Origin: a virus
Virus record (IMG/VR): IMGVR_UViG_3300021178_000001
Coordinates: 50,256-114,255 of that record
DNA: 64,000 nucleotides
Direction: 5' to 3' (one strand)
The notes under the pieces are model-generated. The model did not search any database and was not told where the DNA came from. It was given only the letters and a program-made list of their open reading frames with translations. The position numbers were made by a program, and so were the translations under genes. Positions 28,118-38,867 of this stretch are shown here, piece after piece (position 1 is the first letter of the stretch; each line of letters starts with the position of its first letter).

Positions 28118-30144
28118 TTACTGGCGTCAAGGGAATTAACTTCCTGTCGTTCGAGCAACTCGACGTTACCTTTTCCAAGGGTGTCACTCTAGTCGACGGC
28201 TGGAACGAAGACGACCAAACTCCCGAAGGTTGTGGTAAGTCTGCAATTCTGAACGCCATTTGTTGGGGGTTGTTCGGCAAGATTCCTAAAGACGCTAACA
28301 TAGACGACGTGATCAAGAACGGCGAGAAGTCGTGTGCCGTAGAAGTACACTTTTCTGACGCCGTCGTTCGGAGGGCACGCAACCCCAACGAACTCGTATT
28401 AGTCGTGGAAGGCAAGTCCATAAAGGGCAAAGATGCCAAAGAGACTCAACTCTTAATCGAAGAGTTCGTTGGACTGACTTTTGAGACGTTCTGCCAGACC
28501 GTGTACTTTGCGCAGAATTATACCAAGAAGTTCATCACCGCCAATCAAGAGGAGAAGGGCAAGATCCTCTCCGAGGTCCAGAACCTCTCAGTGTTCGACA
28601 AAGCCGGTAAAGAAGTCAGAGAACTCATCAAACTCAACGAAAGCGACTCGGTCAAACTCAAGCACTCCAAGGAGCTGGCTAGCAAGGACGAGGAACTGAC
28701 TAAGCGGGACATTGCGGCGGAACACACGAAGCGTCAACACGCTCTGCAGCAACAGGAACAAAAAGTAAAGAGTTTAGAGACTCAAATTTTGTCGTTTGAA
28801 ATACTTCACCGAAGCGAGTACGACAATCAGCTTAAGCGAGTAGAGAGTCTAAACAGTCAAATTCATGAAGCAGAAAAATTGATCGGAGACAACGAAGCGC
28901 TAAAGGCACAACACTTAGCGACAGTAGCTAATTTGGTCTACGACGAAGCGGGTGAAAGAAAGTGTCAAGAAGCCAACAACCAACTGATGTCGGAAGTGGG
29001 AGCCGTAAACGCGGAAATTGCAGGCATCGACAAACTAGTAACCGCTAGAACTGCCACAGAGACTCAGGGCAAAAGGTACGCCGCCAGGTACAAGCAGTTA
29101 CTGATCGAGCGAGATAAGAACGTCGCTTTTATAGCCAACCCTTCCAAGAACTGCCCCACGTGTGGGTCGCGACTGGAAGCTTGCGACACTTCTCACGCCG
29201 AGACTGAGATTCGAAGGATCGACCAAGAGACATCCGAGATCGTGGCAACTCTCACCATAATGTCGAACGAGATAGACCTTCCGATTCCTACAAAAGACGA
29301 ACTTAACGATAAGTTATCCGTCATCCGTCAGAAGAGAGCGGCCAACGACGCTGAGATCCAGAAGATTAGATCCGTCAAAGATAAGTTGAACTCTACTGCA
29401 GTTCACCTCACGGGAATAGACCGCAACATTAAAAGTCACCGAGAGCGTGTTTCTAAACTGACAGCTTCGATCGAAGTTGAGAAACGCCCGTTAGTACTGG
29501 ATCTAACAGAACTCGAAGCACTTAAAGTGCGCTTAGACTTGGAGAGTCAAGAATTAACGTTCGACCACTCAGTCCTCGACGCGTTAGTTGCTAAGCTCGA
29601 ACTGGCGCAGTCGGACGCCATGAATTTAGAGAATCTACTGGTAGAGAAGAACAAGCACTTGGCTCGTCTAGAAAACCTAAAGATAGCTTTCAAAGAGATC
29701 AAGTCTCACGTCTTCAACTCGCTTTTGAACGAAGTCAACGCTAGAGTTCAGAAGTTCCTAGCTCATCTATTCGAGGTATCGGTTGTAGTGCGTTTCGTAA
29801 ACGAAGACATGAAGATTGAGACCAAAGTAAAGTTTGACGGAGTAGAGCGTGGACTCGGCCTGTTAAGCGGAGGTCAGTTTCGAAGAGTTAGTCTTGCGGT
29901 GGATCTAGCGCTGTCTGACACAATCATAGCGCGCAAAGGTGTCAGACTTGGTATAACAATTTGGGATGAATATATGAAAGACCTCAGTGAAACTAGTATG
30001 GAGAAAGTACTCCAATTATTTGAAGCTAGGAACCAACCTACTATTCTGATCGAACATAACTCTATTTTCAAAAATATTGTAAATAACTCAGTTTTTGTAA
30101 AGCTGGAGAACGGAACGTCTCGTGTCGAAGTTCAGAATAATTGA
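28114..30144 (+). CDS. Rad50/SbcC-like ATPase
   Basis: G.GKS, coiled coil, CPTC zinc hook, LSGGQ, WDE, IEH; ATGA overlap at 28114. Confidence 0.92.
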   Translation: MITGVKGINFLSFEQLDVTFSKGVTLVDGWNEDDQTPEGCGKSAILNAICWGLFGKIPKDANIDDVIKNGEKSCAVEVHFSDAVVRRARNPNELVLVVEGKSIKGKDAKETQLLIEEFVGLTFETFCQTVYFAQNYTKKFITANQEEKGKILSEVQNLSVFDKAGKEVRELIKLNESDSVKLKHSKELASKDEELTKRDIAAEHTKRQHALQQQEQKVKSLETQILSFEILHRSEYDNQLKRVESLNSQIHEAEKLIGDNEALKAQHLATVANLVYDEAGERKCQEANNQLMSEVGAVNAEIAGIDKLVTARTATETQGKRYAARYKQLLIERDKNVAFIANPSKNCPTCGSRLEACDTSHAETEIRRIDQETSEIVATLTIMSNEIDLPIPTKDELNDKLSVIRQKRAANDAEIQKIRSVKDKLNSTAVHLTGIDRNIKSHRERVSKLTASIEVEKRPLVLDLTELEALKVRLDLESQELTFDHSVLDALVAKLELAQSDAMNLENLLVEKNKHLARLENLKIAFKEIKSHVFNSLLNEVNARVQKFLAHLFEVSVVVRFVNEDMKIETKVKFDGVERGLGLLSGGQFRRVSLAVDLALSDTIIARKGVRLGITIWDEYMKDLSETSMEKVLQLFEARNQPTILIEHNSIFKNIVNNSVFVKLENGTSRVEVQNN

Positions 30145-30553
30145 TGGGTCAAATGTTTCCAGCATTGCGGGTCAAAGCAGAGAAATCCAGTTGCTAGAGA
30201 TGAAGGCCGATAAGCGCGACCTGACCGATCAAGAGATCGTAGTGTTAGCTCACCACTTCGTGCGCCTGGGACAACCTATTTTAGCTCAAAAACACTTGAA
30301 CCGGCTGAGTTCTGGATACTTCGACATAATGGTGTACAAAGACTTGTTCAAAGCGCTGCTAGCGTGGTCGTTCATTCAGACCGTGAAGATACCAGAGATG
30401 GGCCAAATCCACACCCACTACGAGTACTACCTGATAGTTAAGCAAGGACTCGAGAATTTTGAGGACCTCTCTTTTACTGAAAAACCGGCATTTTATAGGT
30501 TTCGACACGAGTTCTATAAAATAGGCGAGACTTTACTAGAATCTAAGTCTTAG
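30122..30553 (+). CDS. Hypothetical protein
   Basis: Co-oriented ORF with GGAG RBS. Confidence 0.55.
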   Translation: MSKFRIIDGSNVSSIAGQSREIQLLEMKADKRDLTDQEIVVLAHHFVRLGQPILAQKHLNRLSSGYFDIMVYKDLFKALLAWSFIQTVKIPEMGQIHTHYEYYLIVKQGLENFEDLSFTEKPAFYRFRHEFYKIGETLLESKS

Positions 30554-30566
30554 ATATAATTGCGGG

Positions 30567-30878
30567 ATGTCCTTGAGGATCTACCGCAATAAGACGACTG
30601 GTGAAGAGAAGCGAAGTCTAAAGAAACTCGGCGACGAGTGGGAAGAGACAATCGTAGCTCCCAACCAAAAGTTCATGGTCACCGCCAACAAGGGGACTGG
30701 GACTTCTAAGCTCAAGGACTCTGAGAAAGCTCTCAGAGCTAGGTCGCGCAACCAAGCCCGCGAAGTAGACATCGACCACGACATTCAGTTCAACAGAGCT
30801 AACGGGCTGAACGCGCAAGTTGCAAACAACTTACTCAATTCCAAGGGTGAGAGGCGGAAGAAAGTGGACGATCTCTAA
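30567..30878 (+). CDS. Hypothetical protein (putative leaderless)
   Basis: TATAAT-6 nt-ATG. Confidence 0.65.
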   Translation: MSLRIYRNKTTGEEKRSLKKLGDEWEETIVAPNQKFMVTANKGTGTSKLKDSEKALRARSRNQAREVDIDHDIQFNRANGLNAQVANNLLNSKGERRKKVDDL

Positions 30879-31492
30879 TGCAACAAAGAGTGCTGCAATT
30901 CTTTACTTCAGACTGGCATATAGGACACGAGAACGTTTTGAAGTTTGACAATCGTCCTTTCGCAGATCTGAAAGACATGCATAAAGTTTTAATAAATAAT
31001 TTCAATTCCACTGTACCGAAAGGTTCAATAACATATTTTGGGGGTGACATGGGTTTATGCTCCAATGGTCTCCTAAAGTCTGTAGTTGAACAACTCAATG
31101 GGACAAAAGTTTTGATTTTAGGTAATCACGACGGCGGAGTCAACTCAATGATCTCTGCGGGATTCGACGTCGTTCTATATGGGGCAGTATTTTATATTGC
31201 TGGACAACGTGTCACGATGTCCCATTGTCCTTTAAAGGGAGTCTGGCGCGAGAACGTAGAAGGAATGAAGGGTGCTAGTTCCGGCGAGAACTGGCACGGA
31301 GAGAGGAAACAGCATCGATTTACTTTTTCAGATGAGGGACAGTTTCAGTTGCATGGCCATATTCATTCACCTAATGGCGGCAAGTCTCAGAAGATCTTAG
31401 GAAAGCAATACGACATCGGTGTCGTAGCTAATAATTTTCGACCCGTAAGTATTTCTGTAATCGAAAGTTGGATCGCAAAGTATGGACGCTAA
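30878..31492 (+). CDS. Calcineurin-like metallophosphoesterase
   Basis: SDWHIGH, GD, GNHD, HGHIH. Confidence 0.9.
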   Translation: MQQRVLQFFTSDWHIGHENVLKFDNRPFADLKDMHKVLINNFNSTVPKGSITYFGGDMGLCSNGLLKSVVEQLNGTKVLILGNHDGGVNSMISAGFDVVLYGAVFYIAGQRVTMSHCPLKGVWRENVEGMKGASSGENWHGERKQHRFTFSDEGQFQLHGHIHSPNGGKSQKILGKQYDIGVVANNFRPVSISVIESWIAKYGR

Positions 31493-32093
31493 AACTCTTC
31501 TTTCTCTCGATATATCAACTAGTTGCACTGGGTGGTCGCTATTTAATCTTGAAAGAGAACTACTGGTTTCTGGACTCATAAAACCTTCTACAAAAGGACA
31601 AGTCGTGAAGATGACTTATCCTAGGCAGCAACTCACGAAGATGCGAGACATCTCGACGCAAATCCTAAACGTGATCTTAGAATATAATCCGAGCATTATA
31701 GTGATCGAAGAGATTACGGGTTCTAAAAATCGGATGGGGCAAAAGACTTTAGATGGATGCCATTTTTTAGTAGTTGACAAGATAGAGGCTTTTTTAGATC
31801 GAGTCTACTATTACGACGTGTCAGGAAATCAGGGTTGGCGCTACCATCTCCAACTCAGACTGTCAGACGCCGACAAGTTAGCCAACAAAGAAGCCAAAAA
31901 ACTGAACAAGAAATTGGCTGCGTCACAGCGGATGCCTGTAGTGACTCCGAAGCACCTAGCCTGCAGACACGCCAATGCTAGGTTCAACCTGGCGTTAGAC
32001 TGTAACCTGAGAGAGACAGACGGCGACCTAGCTGACTCAATGTGCATGGCAGACGCTTTCTTAACTTTTCGCTTTGCAGAGATTCCAAAGTAA
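31482..32093 (+). CDS. RuvC-like Holliday junction resolvase
   Basis: LSLDISTSCTGW, IVIEE, D.ADS. Confidence 0.8.
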   Translation: MDAKTLLSLDISTSCTGWSLFNLERELLVSGLIKPSTKGQVVKMTYPRQQLTKMRDISTQILNVILEYNPSIIVIEEITGSKNRMGQKTLDGCHFLVVDKIEAFLDRVYYYDVSGNQGWRYHLQLRLSDADKLANKEAKKLNKKLAASQRMPVVTPKHLACRHANARFNLALDCNLRETDGDLADSMCMADAFLTFRFAEIPK

Positions 32094-32107
32094 GGTATAG
32101 TTTATAT

Positions 32108-32602
32108 ATGGACGAAGAACGAGGCAAGTTTCAATTCGCTGGTTTAAAGTTTATTTACGACCTGGAGTTGGTGGATGACCCTGTCCTGATCAACAACTTG
32201 AAGATGAACATCTTAGATGTCTCAACCTGGATACAGGACGTAGAGCTTCTTTCTTCCTACAACCACCGGTGCATGCTCGTATACGTTAAGATGGGATGGA
32301 TCGGTCGTAAGTTTTTTCACAAGACTATAGAAGACGGGGTTCTAGACCGAGTAAAGCAACTGTTACCTAGATTCAAGTTTAGGGTGGTTACCGATCGTAA
32401 GATAATGGACTTAGCTCTAGAAAAAGTTAAATACGCTCTAGGAGGAACTACAAATGAGAACACTGTTGACAATGGTGTCCGCGCTTCTGATTCCAAGTCA
32501 GATACAGGCACACGAGGAAACGTTGATTCCGGTGTCAGTTCAACTGAGTCAAAACTGCAAAAAGAACCCAACGTACTGCAAGATCATAAAGTTAAAACCT
32601 GA
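32108..32602 (+). CDS. Hypothetical protein (putative leaderless)
   Basis: TTGCAG-16 nt-TATAGT-6 nt-ATG 32108. Confidence 0.6.
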   Translation: MDEERGKFQFAGLKFIYDLELVDDPVLINNLKMNILDVSTWIQDVELLSSYNHRCMLVYVKMGWIGRKFFHKTIEDGVLDRVKQLLPRFKFRVVTDRKIMDLALEKVKYALGGTTNENTVDNGVRASDSKSDTGTRGNVDSGVSSTESKLQKEPNVLQDHKVKT

Positions 32603-33053
32603 GATCGATAAAGTATTCGCCCTCAATTTATCAGGTTACTTGGCGCACTACTGCAAAAAGTTTGGCTTGGATCCTACCGTATCGGTGGCTATAGCCATGC
32701 AAGAGTCTAGTTTAGAGAATAAAAACCGTGCGGGTTACATTCTCAAAGACGGCGAGCTTGTTTTTGGCACCACCGATGTGGGAGTGTTCCAGATTCATAT
32801 TCATACCTTGGCAAACCTCAAGGCCGAAGGTCAAGACATTGATGTCGTGCGTTTAAACACAGACGTAGAGTATCAGACGTACTGGCACGCTAAGATTCTA
32901 AAGAGTAAGATTCAAACATGCAAGTCCAAGCGAGTGAAACTCAATGTCACCAAGGGAAGCGAGTGGTCCTGTTACCATAGCTTTACTTTGGCAGAGCGGA
33001 AGATCTATCTGAACGACGTTGGGCTTCACTTGAGTCGGATAACTTCAAAATAA
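32454..33053 (+). CDS. SLT-type lytic transglycosylase with signal peptide
   Basis: AIAMQESS and DVGVFQI motifs; AGGAGG RBS. Confidence 0.75.
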   Translation: MRTLLTMVSALLIPSQIQAHEETLIPVSVQLSQNCKKNPTYCKIIKLKPEIDKVFALNLSGYLAHYCKKFGLDPTVSVAIAMQESSLENKNRAGYILKDGELVFGTTDVGVFQIHIHTLANLKAEGQDIDVVRLNTDVEYQTYWHAKILKSKIQTCKSKRVKLNVTKGSEWSCYHSFTLAERKIYLNDVGLHLSRITSK

Positions 33054-33110
33054 CTCAACTTTGTATACCAGCGTACTTACATTCTGATAGAACCATAGTA
33101 GGAGTACACT

Positions 33111-33722
33111 ATGGAAGATCGGGACAAGGATAAGTTCCACAAGATAGTACCGTCGCAAGGGACTGGACAAACTCACAGAGCCGTGTCTCTAGATGTCTTA
33201 AAAAGTTCTTTTATTGCTGACGGACTGTCTGCACAAGACATCTCGGACCGTTATTTTTTGTCGTTGGGTCAAGTTGAGAAGATTATAGAAGACCACAAAC
33301 TACCAGAGCTCAGACGCGAGTACATCCGCAACGGTTTGTCTAAGATTCAAGACCAACAAGTCAACCAAGCCCAGCGAATGCTAGACGTTGAACTTAACTT
33401 TAAGCGCATGCGCCTGATTCAGCTTGAAAAAGAGATCGAAGACTATATGGCCTACTACAGTAGGCACGGTGACTTCTACAAGCGTCATCCGACAACTGGA
33501 GAGATACTAAAAGACACAGACGGTATTTCTATGCAACTGCATATTCCAAACGTGTCGCGTGAGATCAAGGACTTGAAAGAGAGTGTCACGCTGTCAGACG
33601 GACTCAAGAAATTGTTGAGCAACTTGGACGAGATCATAAACGGAAAACCAAAGGGCGAAGCCGTGGGCGACAACGTAATCGACATGGACGAAATAGACGG
33701 TTTATTTAAGAAGAGAATATAG
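33111..33722 (+). CDS. Putative terminase small subunit
   Basis: N-terminal HTH-like segment, helical body, abuts terL. Confidence 0.5.
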   Translation: MEDRDKDKFHKIVPSQGTGQTHRAVSLDVLKSSFIADGLSAQDISDRYFLSLGQVEKIIEDHKLPELRREYIRNGLSKIQDQQVNQAQRMLDVELNFKRMRLIQLEKEIEDYMAYYSRHGDFYKRHPTTGEILKDTDGISMQLHIPNVSREIKDLKESVTLSDGLKKLLSNLDEIINGKPKGEAVGDNVIDMDEIDGLFKKRI

Positions 33723-35557
33723 TGGACATAGAAAAACTAAGCGCGAAACAATTCGCTGCTTTATTTAGCAAAATCCTAGAGCGTATAAAAGAAGATCCGA
33801 TCGAAAATTTCGTTCGCGCGTCTGGTTTTATGGCTTTGGAGCCGTCTCCTGCACAAGAAACGATCCTCAAGGTCGTGTTCCAGAAGAAACTCGATCCAGA
33901 CACTAAGAAGACAGTCCAAATTGAAGCCGAGACTCTAGAAGGCAAGTTTACTATTATCCACGCTTCCATGACGGAAGTAGAAATATACGAGTATCTCACG
34001 GACAAGAAATATGATTCCAGCAAGATCGAGAGCATCAAAGTCAACAAGATCAATTTGATTTGTGGACGACGTTCAGGCAAGACTTTGTTGTCCGCGGTCA
34101 TTTCTATTTATTGCGCGATCTCTAGTAACTGGCGTCCGTTCTTACAGAAGACTCCTTTTGCCACAGTTCTTATCATGTCTCACTCCCGTGAGTTCTCTGA
34201 CGAGGTTTTAGAGGTAATCAAGGGTTTAATAGAAAACTCACCCGTACTGTCACGCCTCATCAATCACGAAGCCAAACAAACGGCGTCAGCTATGAACCTC
34301 AGAGTACCGTGGGTCGTAAATGGTCTAATAGAGTATTCTAGAGTTCAGATCAAAGTGGGAGCTGCTTCAAGCAAGACTACTCGAGGAATTGCGGCGTGTG
34401 CCATCCTTTGCGACGAAATCGGGTACTGGGGCATCAGCGAGAACATGGTTGAGACAGACGTCAAGATCATGAAAGCCGTTCGACCCGCCATGAAGCAGTT
34501 CGGTAACTTAGCCATGTTGATCAAGTTGTCGTCTCCGGGAATCAAGCAAGGCATCTTGTACAACGAGTACCAAATGGACCGTGCCGGCACGTTGCCGGAC
34601 ACTTACGCGGTGTTTAAAGCTCCCAGTTGGATGATGAACACTATTTTGCCCAAAGAAGAGTTCATAGAAGAGTGGGTGTACGACCAAGACGGCTTCGACA
34701 CTGAGTACCGGTCCAACTTCGCCGATTCTTTGTCTAACTTTATTTCAAGCGAGTTACTCGACTTAGCCATGCAAAAAGGGGTAACATTCACTACTCCTTT
34801 AGAAACTAAAGAAGCCAAGTACTACGCCGCCATAGACGCCGCGTTCAAAGCAGACCGCTTCACGTTCACTCTAGTTTCTTCGAGAGAGAATCGAGTCACT
34901 CAGCACGTTATCATGGGATGGGAAGGAACTAAGAAAGACCCCGTCAAAGCTCACACCGTGGCTCAGTACATCAAAAACATACTGAAGAACTTCCCAGTAG
35001 ACCACGTAGCTGCAGATCAGTACGCTTTTCAACCTTTAAAAGAGATCTTCGACCAGTACGGAGTTGAGCTCAAAGAGTACACGTTTACTCCCACATTTAA
35101 GAAGAAAATTTACTTCAACTTGAAGAAACTCGTGCACTCGCAGCAAGTCGACCTACTCGATCATGAAGACCAGTTAAAAGAGATGAAAGCTCTCGTGGTT
35201 GAACAGTCCACCATGGGAACTATTAAGATTGGACACCCACCCGGAGGCCACGACGACTACGCCGACGCAGTTGCAGTCGCCACGTTCTTGGCGACCGAGG
35301 GACAAACTATCGGAGCTTTCGAATTTGAAGCCGTGTCCATGGTAAAGACTCACGGAATCAAGACCGACATCCACGGTACAGCTTTTACGGCGCCTAGTCC
35401 AGAAATGCTAGTTGCGACTGGACACCTAGGTAGTCACATAATGGATAACTCAGAGCTCTACGGAATTGACCCCTCGGACGGCAGGTTGAAGCGGAGAGAC
35501 GACTTCGACGACGCAGACGACGAGGACGAAGACGGAGCTTTCATCGACTTTGGGTGA
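33722..35557 (+). CDS. terL: Terminase large subunit
   Basis: GRRSGKT, ILCDE, LSSP, AIDAA, HDDYADA. Confidence 0.93.
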   Translation: MDIEKLSAKQFAALFSKILERIKEDPIENFVRASGFMALEPSPAQETILKVVFQKKLDPDTKKTVQIEAETLEGKFTIIHASMTEVEIYEYLTDKKYDSSKIESIKVNKINLICGRRSGKTLLSAVISIYCAISSNWRPFLQKTPFATVLIMSHSREFSDEVLEVIKGLIENSPVLSRLINHEAKQTASAMNLRVPWVVNGLIEYSRVQIKVGAASSKTTRGIAACAILCDEIGYWGISENMVETDVKIMKAVRPAMKQFGNLAMLIKLSSPGIKQGILYNEYQMDRAGTLPDTYAVFKAPSWMMNTILPKEEFIEEWVYDQDGFDTEYRSNFADSLSNFISSELLDLAMQKGVTFTTPLETKEAKYYAAIDAAFKADRFTFTLVSSRENRVTQHVIMGWEGTKKDPVKAHTVAQYIKNILKNFPVDHVAADQYAFQPLKEIFDQYGVELKEYTFTPTFKKKIYFNLKKLVHSQQVDLLDHEDQLKEMKALVVEQSTMGTIKIGHPPGGHDDYADAVAVATFLATEGQTIGAFEFEAVSMVKTHGIKTDIHGTAFTAPSPEMLVATGHLGSHIMDNSELYGIDPSDGRLKRRDDFDDADDEDEDGAFIDFG

Positions 35558-35564
35558 GTTAACT

Positions 35565-35573
35565 TGGTATAAT
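35565..35573 (+). promoter_or_regulatory. Extended -10 promoter TGGTATAAT upstream of portal
   Basis: Same motif at 45636, 61816 and 62215. Confidence 0.6.
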
Positions 35574-35590
35574 TGACAGTAGTCTACTCA

Positions 35591-35623
35591 TTTCAAAGAC
35601 TTAGCTAGTATAAGTCTTTGAAA
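35591..35623. repeat. Perfect 13-bp inverted repeat in portal leader
   Basis: TTTCAAAGACTTA-7 nt-TAAGTCTTTGAAA. Confidence 0.75.
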
Positions 35624-35646
35624 CTATTGAGATTTTGAGGGTAAGC

Positions 35647-37686
35647 ATGCCTGATAACAAAGATCTAAAACCGTCTATCTTCAGCAAGATGCTCGAAGCT
35701 GGCACTGCTTTACTGGACGCACAGATAGTCAAAGCCAAGTCAACCGTCATGAATCAGACCGTAGAAGACGACTTCTTTTACGCTAAAGCTGTGACCGAAG
35801 ACCCAAGCTACGTAGTCACTTCTTCTGGGTGGAAAGAGAAGCCAGGCAGACTAATGGACGGCCATTTGCGCCAAATGAGCATCCAGAACTCCGTGGTTGC
35901 GGCCATTATTCAGACCAGACAAAATGAAGTCGCCAACCACTCCAAGTTAGTTAAGTCAGAAAAAGAGTGCGGTTGGAGGATGTGCCTACGAGACGAAGAA
36001 GCTCTCTTAGAAAAGATCAAGGAAGAGATTTTAGCCGAAATGGAAGCCAGCGGGCAACTTCCTCCCGGAGCCGAACCTCCACAAGACTCAGGTGAATCTC
36101 CCGACTCCGAAGGACTGCTCAACGAAGACATTGGAGAACCAGTAGAAAAAGCTGATCCCGAAGTAGACGCTTCAGTGGACGCCGGAGAAGAGTCTCAGAC
36201 TGCTCACCCCGATGCCAGTTCAAAGTCTGACGACGAAGTGGAAGCGTACAACTTCGAACTTGAGCGCAAAGCTAAAGAGCGCTTGGAGACGAAGTTCAAG
36301 GACGCCAGGAAAAAAGCTCAAGACTATCTATTGAACTGCGGTCTCGTAGAGAACCGTCCGTTCGAAACTAAAAAGTGGAACTTTGACTCGGCGCTCAGAG
36401 CTTTAGTGCGAGATTCTTTAACTTACGATCGGTACACTACAGAAACTGTTCCAGATAGAGCAAAGCGACCGCACCACTGGTTTCCCGTAGACGCAGCCAC
36501 GATCAAGTACGCCGGACCCAACTTAAAGACTTACAAACAGATCGCCGACAACTTCATCAACTTGGACATTCTTTACCCAGAGAACCAAGCTATGGCGATG
36601 GAGAAACAGAAAGTTCTCGAACTAGACGAGAGCTTGATGGCTAAGAACGCCTACAAGTACGTTCAAATCATTCGAGGCAAGATTGAGCGCGCTTACACTG
36701 AAGACGAGCTCAAGATGGGGATTCGCAACATTACTACGGACATCTACGCCAACAGCTACGGAGTGTCAGAGTTAGAACTGGCCGTATCTCTCGTTACTGG
36801 TCACCTCAACGCCGAGTTCTACAACCAAGCTTATTTCACTCAGGGATTCTCAGCTAAAGGAATTCTCCACATCAAGGCGGCCATCAACCGTCGTAAACTA
36901 GAGACCGTGCGGCAACAGTGGCAGCACATGCTCAAGGGCGCGAGAAACTCCTTCCAGACCCCCATCTTCGCCGGCATGGAAGACGTGGCTTGGATTCCGC
37001 TGACTCAGAACCACAACGACATCGGTTTTGAGGGATGGATGCGGTACCTCATCAAGATGCTGTGCGCGATCTATCAAATTGACCCCTACGAGATCGGAAT
37101 CGGCTTCAAAGACGAGGGCACCGGCGGCGGAGGGATGTCCGGTGACAACACTAAAGAAAAACTAGAGCACTCCAAGAACAAGGGCTTGTACCCGCTGTTG
37201 AGACACGTCGAGAGCTTCGTAAACGAGAATATTCTAAAACCATTCGACGCTCGGTTCATAATGGAGTTCACCGGCATAACTGCCGAGTCTAGAGAAGAGT
37301 CTGTCAAGCGTCAAGACCTAGAACGCAAGTTCAAGAAGACGCTCAACGAGATTCGCGACGAGGACGGACTTCCTCCGTTGCCGGGCGGCGACGAGATCAT
37401 CCTTGGCCCCGAGTTCATGACTTGGTACTCTAAGTTTAGTCCCAAAGCTTTGGAACAGCAGCAACAGCAACTCGACGCGCAGAATCAATCCGCTGGCGGA
37501 GACACCGGACAAGATCCATTTGGAATGGATGCCATGCCAGAAGACTCTTTGATGAGCGGAGACAACTTAGAGTCGAACGCCATCAGTCCTGAACCGGCGG
37601 ACAAACCTGGGCAACCTCCAGTCAAGAAGTCTAGACCAATCGGGTCTAAACGAGTCAAGATCGAGTACTACACTCTCAGGAAATAA
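35647..37686 (+). CDS. Portal protein (SPO1/Twort-like)
   Basis: AIIQTR, VRDSLTYD, PVDAATI, YGVSELE, YFTQG..AKGIL, IDPYEIG, TLNEIR...GLPPLPGGD. Confidence 0.92.
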   Translation: MPDNKDLKPSIFSKMLEAGTALLDAQIVKAKSTVMNQTVEDDFFYAKAVTEDPSYVVTSSGWKEKPGRLMDGHLRQMSIQNSVVAAIIQTRQNEVANHSKLVKSEKECGWRMCLRDEEALLEKIKEEILAEMEASGQLPPGAEPPQDSGESPDSEGLLNEDIGEPVEKADPEVDASVDAGEESQTAHPDASSKSDDEVEAYNFELERKAKERLETKFKDARKKAQDYLLNCGLVENRPFETKKWNFDSALRALVRDSLTYDRYTTETVPDRAKRPHHWFPVDAATIKYAGPNLKTYKQIADNFINLDILYPENQAMAMEKQKVLELDESLMAKNAYKYVQIIRGKIERAYTEDELKMGIRNITTDIYANSYGVSELELAVSLVTGHLNAEFYNQAYFTQGFSAKGILHIKAAINRRKLETVRQQWQHMLKGARNSFQTPIFAGMEDVAWIPLTQNHNDIGFEGWMRYLIKMLCAIYQIDPYEIGIGFKDEGTGGGGMSGDNTKEKLEHSKNKGLYPLLRHVESFVNENILKPFDARFIMEFTGITAESREESVKRQDLERKFKKTLNEIRDEDGLPPLPGGDEIILGPEFMTWYSKFSPKALEQQQQQLDAQNQSAGGDTGQDPFGMDAMPEDSLMSGDNLESNAISPEPADKPGQPPVKKSRPIGSKRVKIEYYTLRK

Positions 37687-37687
37687 T

Positions 37688-37930
37688 ATGGCTAAGGTAA
37701 AAATTTTACTAGAGCCTGGCGAGTCTCAACTAGACGCCGACCACGCTTTGCAGAAAGCGTTGGAACACCATTCCCAAGGAAGCGCCCACGACGACGAGTC
37801 GTTCGACGATCCCGCCATGGTAGACTTGGCTCAACGTTTAGAGAGCGATCACTCCAAGATGTACATCGAGATGATGCGCGAGATTCTCGACGTATTAGAC
37901 GAGGAGTACTCATCAGATGGTAACCTCTAG
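37688..37930 (+). CDS. Small head-associated hypothetical protein
   Basis: Between portal and minor head gene. Confidence 0.6.
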   Translation: MAKVKILLEPGESQLDADHALQKALEHHSQGSAHDDESFDDPAMVDLAQRLESDHSKMYIEMMREILDVLDEEYSSDGNL

Positions 37931-38825
37931 AGAAACTCTCGAGAAAATTCGCGAGATCATAGCAAAACACTACGCTAAGTTCTCCATTTCTATGTTGGGG
38001 CGATCCGCGTTCACGCCCGACGAACTGAGAGAATTACAAGCTGCGGGCATAGACACTTCCAACAAGAGTTCTTTCTTGGAAATGGTGTACATGCACAATT
38101 TTATCAACAACCCGCGCGGGAGAAACTCTCCCACGTCGGTCGAAGACATGAAGGCTCAGCAGTCCGAGTCCGGTATAAAGCCGCACGGCGAAGCCAACGA
38201 CTACACGGTCAACAACTTAAACGACAAGACGAAGCAACTCATCGATAAACTCAGAGCTGACGTTGCGGCTCGCATTGAGGGTTTCATCCGAGACAACAAC
38301 GACGCCTATAAATTTAACGCTCTCGCCAACTTAGACCGCACCGACGCCATGGACGAGTTAGTCAAGGAATCATCGCTCGGTCGAGTTAAACAGAAGCTAA
38401 GAGACTCGTCTAAAGACGCCAACCGCGACTGGCAGCGCGTCGCACTCACTGAGATGTCCAACGCCATAGGAATCGGGTCCGTAGACCGCATCGTCACAGA
38501 CAACCGTGGCGCCGATTTGGATGACATCTACGTATATAGAATCATTGTGGGCGACGCTCTGACGTGCAAGTACTGTAGGCGTTTTTACGGAGACGTCGGG
38601 CAAGCTCCAAAACTGTATAGACTTTCTACACTTTTGGCGAATGGCTCTAATTACGGGTTAAAGCAAGATTCTTGGAAACCTGTGTCCGGTGCGACACATC
38701 CTAACACAAGAACTTCGGCTGTACTAGAGTTAAAGCCTGGGTTTGAAGTTAGACCAGGCGGTTCAGTCACTTACATAGGACTCGCAAAGTGGGCGAACTA
38801 CGTCCACGAAGTGCTAGTCGGATAA
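37917..38825 (+). CDS. Head morphogenesis protein (Mu F/SPP1 gp7-like)
   Basis: RDWQRVA.TE, CKYC, HPN.R. Confidence 0.75.
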   Translation: MVTSRETLEKIREIIAKHYAKFSISMLGRSAFTPDELRELQAAGIDTSNKSSFLEMVYMHNFINNPRGRNSPTSVEDMKAQQSESGIKPHGEANDYTVNNLNDKTKQLIDKLRADVAARIEGFIRDNNDAYKFNALANLDRTDAMDELVKESSLGRVKQKLRDSSKDANRDWQRVALTEMSNAIGIGSVDRIVTDNRGADLDDIYVYRIIVGDALTCKYCRRFYGDVGQAPKLYRLSTLLANGSNYGLKQDSWKPVSGATHPNTRTSAVLELKPGFEVRPGGSVTYIGLAKWANYVHEVLVG

Positions 38826-38867
38826 TTTTCGTTTACTTTCGTTCCCTTCTACTTTACAATCTAAGAC

